A stretch of 32,000 bases of DNA from assembly GCF_004376175.1 (NCBI RefSeq), contig NZ_SNUY01000002.1, forward strand, positions 43,051-75,050, written 5' to 3'. The DNA is from Halalkalibacterium halodurans (lineage in GTDB: Bacteria > Bacillota > Bacilli > Bacillales > Bacillaceae_D). Shown here piece by piece: positions 25,613-32,000 of the stretch (position 1 is the first letter of the stretch; every line of letters begins with the position of its first letter). Below the pieces are notes generated by a model. The model did not search any database, was not told the DNA's origin, and saw nothing but the letters and a program-made list of their open reading frames with translations. Position numbers and translations under genes: made by a program.

Positions 25613-26241
25613 ATCTTAGAGCTCTCTCCCATTCATTCACCGCTATGTGTGACTGGTTAATGAAGCTTGCCTACTTAAATGGTCTTTGGCTGTTGTTTAC
25701 GGCTTGTGGCGTCCTAGTGTTTGGCTGGGCGCCAGCTACGGCCGCTCTTCATTCGGTTTTGCGCAAACTCCGTGATCCAACAAAAGAAGTCGCGATATTT
25801 CGTGAATTTGCTCATGTCTACAAGCAAAACTTTTTTAAGGCAACAGGGATAGGAACGATGTTCGTCCTTGGGATAGGCGCTCTTTTAGTAAGCTATGTAG
25901 GTCTGGTGACGATGGCAGCCCCCCTTCTCATGCGGTTCATGTTTCTATCGGTTGCTTGTTTTTATGTCATCATGTCTGTGTTCCTATTCCCTGTACTAAT
26001 TTCTAGTCGTTGCCGAACATTTTCCGTTTTTAAGCTATCCTTTCTCTATGGGGTGGGACATCTCCATTATGCAGTGATCGGCATTGTCTTTGTTTTTGGG
26101 TTCTTTTTCTTATCTCTAACGATTCCGACGGTGGGGATTTTCTTTGGAGTCAGCTTGCCTGCATGGTTTGTTTGTCAGCTGTTTGTAAAAATGGAAGAGG
26201 GCCAGAAAGTCCAAGTAGGTGGCGTTCGCAAGGTGGCGTAA
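25609..26241 (+). CDS. YesL-like DUF624 membrane protein
   Basis: 210 aa. The start overlaps the upstream stop (ATGA). The N-terminal ..LMKLAYLNGLWLLFTACGVLVFGWAPATAAL.. plus about five further TM segments is the usual DUF624/YesL pattern. Position next to a YesM/YesN-like pair, as in B. subtilis. Confidence 0.75.
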   Translation: MNLRALSHSFTAMCDWLMKLAYLNGLWLLFTACGVLVFGWAPATAALHSVLRKLRDPTKEVAIFREFAHVYKQNFFKATGIGTMFVLGIGALLVSYVGLVTMAAPLLMRFMFLSVACFYVIMSVFLFPVLISSRCRTFSVFKLSFLYGVGHLHYAVIGIVFVFGFFFLSLTIPTVGIFFGVSLPAWFVCQLFVKMEEGQKVQVGGVRKVA

Positions 26242-26254
26242 AAAATTGCTTCAA

Positions 26255-26283
26255 TTGAAAGCGTTTACGTAGGTTGCTATAAT
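26255..26283 (+). promoter_or_regulatory. Near-consensus sigma-A promoter for the two-component system, overlapped by a cre-like site
   Basis: TTGAAA (26255-26260), a 17-nt spacer, then TGcTATAAT (26275-26283). atTGAAAGCGTTTACGta (core 26256-26269) matches the cre consensus at 17 of 18 positions and overlaps the -35. Confidence 0.7.
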
Positions 26284-26333
26284 CACAATACAATGATCAA
26301 CGTTTTCAATCATGAAAGAGATGGAGGAGCCGG

Positions 26334-28094
26334 ATGGGAGTATTTAAACGCTATCAAATTCGCCACATCTTTTTTACGAGCTTCTTTGCCTTTATGCTCT
26401 TGGCATTTATCGTTATCATCTCCGTTTCCTATCGCTATTCAGTCAATGAGATGGTTCAGGCGACGACGGAGTATCAGGAACAGCTGTTAACTTTACTTAG
26501 CAACGATATTAGCAATTATCTTCAATCCTATGATGACATTTCAGTAGGACTTTCACGGCAAAGTAATTTTCGTCAAGCGCTTAAGGGGAGTGAGGATCCT
26601 TATACGTACAATCAATTGTTCCAGTCTCTATCCCGAGATTTATCCAATATTGTCTATAGCGTGCCCGGTCTTCATTCCATTGAAGTTTACTTGCATTCCC
26701 CGCCCCATAGCGAAATTCAACAGCCGATTAATTATTTACCCTTGGAAGCTGTCGAAGAAATGGGGTGGACTAAGAGGTTGGATGGGAAAAACTCTGTTTG
26801 GATCGGGGAACGGGTGTCCTATACGATGGCGGGGGAAGAGAGAGTGTTGAGCCTTGCACGGAATGTTTTTCAGGCGAGAGGGGAAATAGAAGGAGTTCTC
26901 GTATTGAATGTTCATGCGTCCACGATCGAAACCTGGTTAAAGCAAAAAAGCCAAGAGTCGAATTTAATGATTATTGATAAGCAAGGCAGGTTTGTTGCAA
27001 CATCAGATCCGCAGCACGAATCTGTTTTGTACTCACCGTACTTTGATCAGTATTTACCGTATCAACCTACCATGCAAACCGGTGAAAATGATAAGGATGA
27101 AGATGCTTTAGAAGTATCAATGCCGATCCCGAATACAGAGTGGACGTTAAAGCAAGTGACACCGTATTCTGAATTGACGGAGGGAAGTCGACGGATGGCA
27201 GCGATCTTGGTCATCATCGGTGCGATTATGATCGTTGTGGCCCTTTTAGTAACATATAGTCTGACAAAAAAGTTTACAACACCTATTTACGAATTAAAAA
27301 ATGTACTCTCGAAATATCCAGATCAAGATCTATCTGGAGAGTTGCCGAGCGACTACCGAAACGAATTCGGGGAACTATTTGAAGGCTATAAGGGATTGAT
27401 TCGCCGCAACAATGAGCTCTATCGCTCGCTCCATAGGCAGTACAAACGGCAAAGAGAAGCAGAAATTAAAGCCCTGCAAGCGAACATTAATCCCCATTTT
27501 TTATATAATACCCTCGATCAATTAAACTGGATGGCGATTGAAAAAGGGGATCGAACGATGAGCCATATGCTAGAAAACCTCGGGCAAATGCTAAGGATTG
27601 GCTTGTCCAACGGGGAAAGCATCCTCCCACTGGAAAAGGAAGTCGAGTACCTGAAATATTATTTGAAGATTCAAAAATTAAAGATGGGTGAACGACTAAC
27701 ATACACCGTCGATGTACCTGTGATGCTTTACCGTTACCTTATTCCTAAGCTAACACTTCAACCATTTGTTGAAAACTGCTTTATTCATGGATTCCAAGAT
27801 GGACGGGACGGAGAAGTTGTCATTCGCGCGATGGAGGATCAGAACCACATTGTTATGACCATTCAAGATAATGGAATCGGGTTTCAGCCTGTGACGACGA
27901 AGCGAAGCAAATTGGATATGGGCGGGTACGGCATTCGCAATGTAATGGAAAGGCTTGATGTGTACTTTGATCGTTATGCATCCGTCCACGTCACTGGAGA
28001 TGAGCAAGGAGGGACACTTGTAAAAATCATCATTCCAAAAGTCTTGAACAAGGAACGTTTGCTCGATGGCCGCTCGATAACCGAAGCAAAATAG
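26334..28094 (+). CDS. Sensor histidine kinase, YesM-like (two TM, HAMP, His_kinase/HATPase of the LytS-YesM type)
   Basis: 586 aa with GGAGG SD 6 nt upstream. N-terminal TM, an extracytoplasmic domain, then a second TM (AAILVIIGAIMIVVALLVTY). The phospho-acceptor region is ALQANINPHFLYNTL. The ATPase region is LQPFVENCFIHG ... DNGIGF ... GGYGIRNV. Confidence 0.9.
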   Translation: MGVFKRYQIRHIFFTSFFAFMLLAFIVIISVSYRYSVNEMVQATTEYQEQLLTLLSNDISNYLQSYDDISVGLSRQSNFRQALKGSEDPYTYNQLFQSLSRDLSNIVYSVPGLHSIEVYLHSPPHSEIQQPINYLPLEAVEEMGWTKRLDGKNSVWIGERVSYTMAGEERVLSLARNVFQARGEIEGVLVLNVHASTIETWLKQKSQESNLMIIDKQGRFVATSDPQHESVLYSPYFDQYLPYQPTMQTGENDKDEDALEVSMPIPNTEWTLKQVTPYSELTEGSRRMAAILVIIGAIMIVVALLVTYSLTKKFTTPIYELKNVLSKYPDQDLSGELPSDYRNEFGELFEGYKGLIRRNNELYRSLHRQYKRQREAEIKALQANINPHFLYNTLDQLNWMAIEKGDRTMSHMLENLGQMLRIGLSNGESILPLEKEVEYLKYYLKIQKLKMGERLTYTVDVPVMLYRYLIPKLTLQPFVENCFIHGFQDGRDGEVVIRAMEDQNHIVMTIQDNGIGFQPVTTKRSKLDMGGYGIRNVMERLDVYFDRYASVHVTGDEQGGTLVKIIIPKVLNKERLLDGRSITEAK

Positions 28095-28106
28095 GGGGGG
28101 ACGCTG

Positions 28107-29687
28107 ATGTGGAAGGTTGTCATTATTGATGATGAAGAGCATGTAGTACGAGGGTTAAAAAAGATCACTTCATGGAAGGCACTAGGTTGTGAGTGTGTTG
28201 GTGAGGCAGCTAATGGGAGAAGAGGACTTGACATTGTCCGTGAGACGTCACCGCACATCGTCTTAACGGATATTTATATGCCGATCATGAACGGACTTGA
28301 TATGATTCAAATTTTAAGGGAGGATGGCTTTGACGGGGAAGTTGTGATTTTGAGCGGGTATAGTGAATTCGAACATGCACGAAAGGCGATGCAATTAAAT
28401 ATTACAGACTATTTGTCAAAGCCAGCTTCTGTCGATACGATTGAAACGGTTCTAAAACGGGTAATCAATAAACTAGAGGAAAAACAACGACAACAAGGCT
28501 ATTTGCAAGAGCTGACAAACAAAGTAAAACGCTATGAACCACTCGTGGAAACAGAATGGATGAAATCCCTATTGACTGGCCGCCTTCGCAATGGAGAAAT
28601 CCCTGAAGAATTTTTGGTGAAAATCACCAAATGGAAAGATCAACAGCATATAGCCTGTTCTCTTACGTATGATGGTCCACAAAACAAGGAATTAAAGCCA
28701 GCTGACTGGTATTTGTTTCGCTATTCCGTTCATAAAATGATTCGCGAGGTGTTAAATGGCTACCCAATCGACTTTCGTTATTTAGAGATGGATGCATATC
28801 GTTCTGCACTCTGTCTACATGTTAACAAAAGCGTATCAGAGCCAGTATTGTCTTGCATGTTAAAGGAGATAAAGGACCAAGTGGAACAAGGGATTTATTC
28901 GTCTTTTAACGTCAAGACGACTGTTCATTACGGGAGAGTGAAGGAGAACTGGACCGATCTATCCGAGTCTTTTCATGAAGCATGCATGAAGTCGCAGTCA
29001 TTCCCTTTAGGGAACCCCTATGAAGATGGTACTCGAGCAACTTTTCCAATGGAAAGTAGCCAAAAGTTGTATGACGCCATTCGCTATGCAGATGCGACTC
29101 GAGCGAAAGAGGTTTTGGAAGAAGCGGTAGGGGTGTTGGGCGAAGTTCCTTACTCCACCCTAGTTGGCTACAAGGTTGGCATCGAAATTTGGACGATCAT
29201 CACATACTCGTTATACGATATTGGGATCTTTATTCAAGAAATGTTTGATGAAGACTTTGACCTTGCACAGCATTTGACGAAGCAAGGGAATTGGCAGGAA
29301 TGGATTCGATTTTTGTGTGAACAGATTGAGCACATTTGCTACCATCAGCAATGGGATGAGAACATAAAGCATAAGCAGCTAATCGAACAAGTGATGATCT
29401 ACATTGAAAAACACTTAGCGGAAAACATTACACTACAAGACATAGCGGATGAATTGTACATTTCACGAAACTATTTAGGACAAATTTTCAAAAAGGTGGT
29501 AGGAGAATCTTTCAAGAATTACGTCACGAGACTTCGAATGGAGAAGGCGAAAAAAATGATTCAGGAAGGGAATTTTCTTATTTATGAGGTGTCGGAAAAA
29601 GTAGGATATGTCAATCCGGCTTACTTTACGACGATGTTCAAAAAATACACAGGCTATACTCCGAGAGACTTAATTCAAAAGCGATAA
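28107..29687 (+). CDS. Response regulator with a C-terminal AraC-type HTH (YesN-like)
   Basis: 526 aa. CheY-like receiver (VVIIDDE...VLTDIYMPIMNGLD...SKP) and a C-terminal AraC/XylS HTH (LQDIADELYISRNYLGQIFKK...VSEKVGYVNPAYFTTMFKKYTGYTP). Confidence 0.9.
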   Translation: MWKVVIIDDEEHVVRGLKKITSWKALGCECVGEAANGRRGLDIVRETSPHIVLTDIYMPIMNGLDMIQILREDGFDGEVVILSGYSEFEHARKAMQLNITDYLSKPASVDTIETVLKRVINKLEEKQRQQGYLQELTNKVKRYEPLVETEWMKSLLTGRLRNGEIPEEFLVKITKWKDQQHIACSLTYDGPQNKELKPADWYLFRYSVHKMIREVLNGYPIDFRYLEMDAYRSALCLHVNKSVSEPVLSCMLKEIKDQVEQGIYSSFNVKTTVHYGRVKENWTDLSESFHEACMKSQSFPLGNPYEDGTRATFPMESSQKLYDAIRYADATRAKEVLEEAVGVLGEVPYSTLVGYKVGIEIWTIITYSLYDIGIFIQEMFDEDFDLAQHLTKQGNWQEWIRFLCEQIEHICYHQQWDENIKHKQLIEQVMIYIEKHLAENITLQDIADELYISRNYLGQIFKKVVGESFKNYVTRLRMEKAKKMIQEGNFLIYEVSEKVGYVNPAYFTTMFKKYTGYTPRDLIQKR

Positions 29688-29721
29688 AGATCAATGCATA
29701 CGTCAGGTCTTATCTTTCATA

Positions 29722-29730
29722 TGCTATACT
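29722..29730 (+). promoter_or_regulatory. Candidate extended -10 (TGcTATACT) upstream of the ferritin gene
   Basis: TGCTATACT lies at 29722-29730, about 37 nt before the start codon. No convincing -35. Motif only. Confidence 0.3.
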
Positions 29731-29766
29731 TACACTGTAGTGATGATAAAAAAGGAGGCATGCCCG

Positions 29767-30276
29767 ATGCTCAATGAAAAACTACTCCAAGCATTAAACA
29801 AACAAATGAATTACGAAATGTACGCAGCTCATTCCTATTTGGCTATGGCAGCGTACTGTTCGGCGGAAAGTCTCGATGGATTTGCGAACTTTTTTATGGT
29901 GCAGGCTGAAGAAGAACGGTTTCACGGAATGAAGTTTTACAACTTCATTAACGCCATGGGCGAACGTGCCCGTTTTGAAGGGTTTGAGAGCCCAAATAAC
30001 GAATTCAGTTCTGTCCTCGATTGTTTCGAAAAATCATTAGAGCAAGAAAAACTTGTGACAAAACAAATTTATGATCTATCCGATTTAGCATGGGATGCAC
30101 GGGAGCATGCGACGATTAACTTCTTAAAATGGTTTATCGATGAACAAGTAGAAGAAGAGGACATGTTCGATACGATCATTCAAAAGCTCAAGCGGATCGA
30201 TAATGACAGCAACGCCTTTTTCATGATGGACAACGAGTTTTCAAAACGATCCTTTAACCCAGAAGACGAAGCGTAA
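29767..30276 (+). CDS. Non-haem bacterial ferritin
   Basis: Start at ATG 29767 (GGAGG 8 nt upstream) gives MLNEKLLQALNKQMNYEMYAAHSYLAMAAY. The ferroxidase-centre pattern is present (E..Y, EE..H, E...E). About 169 aa, typical of the Ftn family. Confidence 0.9.
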   Translation: MLNEKLLQALNKQMNYEMYAAHSYLAMAAYCSAESLDGFANFFMVQAEEERFHGMKFYNFINAMGERARFEGFESPNNEFSSVLDCFEKSLEQEKLVTKQIYDLSDLAWDAREHATINFLKWFIDEQVEEEDMFDTIIQKLKRIDNDSNAFFMMDNEFSKRSFNPEDEA

Positions 30277-30285
30277 GGATAAGAC

Positions 30286-30317
30286 AAGTCACTGTGAAAA
30301 CAGTGGCTTTGCTTTTT
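30286..30317 (+). terminator. Rho-independent terminator after the ferritin gene
   Basis: AAGTCACTG-tgaaaa-CAGTGGCTT (9 bp, one G-U pair) followed by TGCTTTTT. Confidence 0.8.
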
Positions 30318-30536
30318 ATCAGTAAAGTGCGCTTCGCTTTCTCGTATAAATATGAATTCTTCAAGAGTTTGAGGTAACTAGAAAGACGAATGAACATAAA
30401 AGAACAGAGACTACATTCACCATGTCCTGTGGAAACGCCTGTGTAAACCCGCATCACAATCCGATTGGTTTAACTAACATTTTGTCAGGGAGGATAAAAC
30501 TCTCCACTGAATGAAGTTTCACTTTATCGTTTTTAG

Positions 30537-30566
30537 TTGACGGATGGGCTTGTCTCCACTTAAGAT
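30537..30566 (+). promoter_or_regulatory. Candidate sigma-A promoter for the ABC exporter gene
   Basis: TTGACG (30537-30542), an 18-nt spacer, then TAAGAT (30561-30566), about 65 nt upstream of the start codon. Motif only. Confidence 0.35.
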
Positions 30567-30630
30567 ATTGTTTAGTCTTTCGAAATTTTCGTTTCACGAA
30601 GAGAATAATATGGAAGACCTTAGGGGTGGT

Positions 30631-32000
30631 ATGATGGACACATTTAAACGGTTGGCTCAATTTTATTGGCCGTATCGACGCTATTTTTATTGGTCGCTGT
30701 TTGCGATGGGTGTGATGACACTAATGACGGTCCTCTATCCAATCATTTTGCAATTTACGATTGACAACGCTGTCATTGGTGGGAGGTACGACCTTATTCC
30801 ATGGCTTGCTCTAGCTTTGATTATCGTCATGGGATTTAAAGGGGTGATGGTGTACATTCATCAATATTTAGGTGACTTATTTGGTGTGACCGCTGTCTAT
30901 CGATTGCGAAATTCTTTGTATGAAAAGCTGCAATATCTTCCGTTTCGTTACTATGATAATGCGAAGACGGGTGATTTAATGTCTCGTTTGACGGGAGATG
31001 TGGAGACATTTCGTTTTTTCCTTTCCTTTGGATTTGCCCAGTTCATTCAATTTATTTTACTCGTAAGCTTCAGTATGGGTGTAATGTTATACTATTCCGT
31101 TCCATTAACATTGGCGACAATGTGTACCCTTCCTTTTTTAGCGATTGTTGTTGCCAAATTTGATCGCCGGGTTCATCCAGGATTTCGTGACATTCGCAAG
31201 TCGCTTGCCAAACTAAACACGAAAGTTCAAGAAAATGTGAGTGGGATGAATACCGTAAAGGCTCTTTCTCAAGAAGATGAGGAGGTTTCTCGCTTCGAAA
31301 ACCGAAATGTCGATTATCGGCAGAAGCATTTAGATATTGCGAGAGTATGGGGAAATTATTTTCCGCTCATGGAGTTTATCGGGAACCTTTCTGCGGTCTT
31401 TTTGCTTTCTTTTGGTGGATATCTCGTCATTACAGGTAGCATGCAGACCGGACAACTTGTTGCATTTTTTAGTTTAGTCTGGTACATCATCGGACCGATC
31501 ATGAACTTAGGTTTTATTATTAACACGTTTTCCCAATCGAAAGCGAGTGGAGAACGCCTGCTTGAAATTCTCGATGAAGAAAATCGAGTGGATGAAGGAA
31601 AGGATGAACGCACTAGTCTACAAGGTTCTGTTACGTTCCGAGATGTCTGTTTAAACTACCGAGGAGCTGAAACACCCGCTCTGCAAAATGTGTCATTCGA
31701 AGCCCCTGCTGGGAAGACGATCGGGCTCGTAGGGGCAACAGGATCGGGCAAAACGAGTATTGTCCAGTTAGTTAATCGATTTTATGAACGAACGAGCGGA
31801 GAGATTTTAATCGATGGGAAGCCGATTGAATCTTATCCTCTAGAGACGCTCCGTTCACAAATCGGTGTCGTCCTACAGGAGTCTTTCCTCTTTTCGTCGA
31901 CGATTCGCGATAACATTGCCTATGGGCGTCCTGATGTATCGATGAAAGAAATTATTGCTGCAGCTAGGCGTGCCCAAGCCCATGATTTTATCGCGGAACT
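30631..32000 (+). CDS. ABC exporter, fused transmembrane plus ATP-binding protein (MDR/ABCB type), 3'-truncated by the window end
   Basis: This frame is open from ATG 30631 to the window end and is not in the supplied track because it has no stop. Hand translation gives MMDTFKRLAQFYWPYRRYF.. with six TM helices, then Walker A GATGSGKTS (about 31738) and the Q-loop region VVLQESFLF. The AGGGGTGG SD is just upstream. The start could be 30634, or the in-frame ATG at 30610. Confidence 0.85.
   Translation, partial: MMDTFKRLAQFYWPYRRYFYWSLFAMGVMTLMTVLYPIILQFTIDNAVIGGRYDLIPWLALALIIVMGFKGVMVYIHQYLGDLFGVTAVYRLRNSLYEKLQYLPFRYYDNAKTGDLMSRLTGDVETFRFFLSFGFAQFIQFILLVSFSMGVMLYYSVPLTLATMCTLPFLAIVVAKFDRRVHPGFRDIRKSLAKLNTKVQENVSGMNTVKALSQEDEEVSRFENRNVDYRQKHLDIARVWGNYFPLMEFIGNLSAVFLLSFGGYLVITGSMQTGQLVAFFSLVWYIIGPIMNLGFIINTFSQSKASGERLLEILDEENRVDEGKDERTSLQGSVTFRDVCLNYRGAETPALQNVSFEAPAGKTIGLVGATGSGKTSIVQLVNRFYERTSGEILIDGKPIESYPLETLRSQIGVVLQESFLFSSTIRDNIAYGRPDVSMKEIIAAARRAQAHDFIAE

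Noticed and set aside
27750-28142. 130-aa antisense ORF across the kinase/regulator junction. Other antisense ORFs inside well-supported genes were also considered: 19251-19613, 14270-14593, 18348-18674, 12535-12840 and 16005-16289.
   Set aside because: They are fully embedded opposite confidently assigned CDSs, have no SD and have low-complexity or Arg/Ser/His/Leu-rich composition typical of antisense frames. None resembles a recognisable family.
30254-30660. Two minus-strand ORFs (67 and 68 aa) filling the ferritin-ABC exporter intergenic region
   Set aside because: One runs through the ferritin terminator into the ferritin CDS, and the other overlaps the exporter's start and SD. Neither has an SD, and both have implausible basic, low-complexity sequences.
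1-32000. Search for CRISPR arrays, tRNA/rRNA genes, IS elements or transposases, integrases, prophage genes, toxin-antitoxin pairs or known defence-system genes
   Set aside because: I saw no repeat-spacer periodicity, no cloverleaf-like or rRNA-like segments, no terminal inverted repeats and no ORF with nuclease, ATPase, methylase, recombinase or other defence hallmarks. Every ORF longer than 200 aa is accounted for by germination, sporulation, carbohydrate, iron-storage or transport functions.

Overview
All calls were made by eye from the translated ORFs and the raw sequence. The window looks like an ordinary chromosomal segment of an endospore-forming Bacillaceae-type Firmicute, with almost every gene on the + strand.

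Gene content, in order:
1. A GerA-family germinant-receptor locus (1-5573): a truncated A-subunit fragment, a GerAC-type lipoprotein, an 81-aa two-TM 'D-like' ORF, and three tandem GerAB-type paralogues, the middle one frameshifted.
2. pgcA (phosphoglucomutase) followed by a Leloir operon, galK-galE-galT.
3. A convergent minus-strand pair: a YbjQ/UPF0145 protein plus a 72-aa membrane/coiled-coil protein.
4. spoVR.
5. A roughly 16 kb rhamnogalacturonan-I utilisation locus related to the B. subtilis yes cluster. It holds two multi-modular PL11 lyases flanking a CE12 acetylesterase, then a YesOPQ-like ABC importer, a GH105 hydrolase, a YesL-like DUF624 protein and a YesM/YesN-like two-component system.
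6. A ferritin gene.
7. The 5' part of an ABC exporter gene that runs off the window.

I saw no rRNA or tRNA genes, CRISPR arrays, transposases, integrases, phage genes or recognisable defence genes. I could not find a convincing wholly new system.

The most unusual feature is the germinant-receptor locus. It has triplicated B subunits and two independent signs of decay: stop codons in all three frames ahead of the A-subunit ORF, and a 1-nt frameshift in B2. Secondary points:
- an approximately 88-residue insertion in one PL11 lyase
- a module shared by the esterase and the second lyase
- cre-like sites at three promoters of the pectin locus
- an orphan minus-oriented terminator hairpin
- an unassigned ~350-nt region upstream of the ABC exporter
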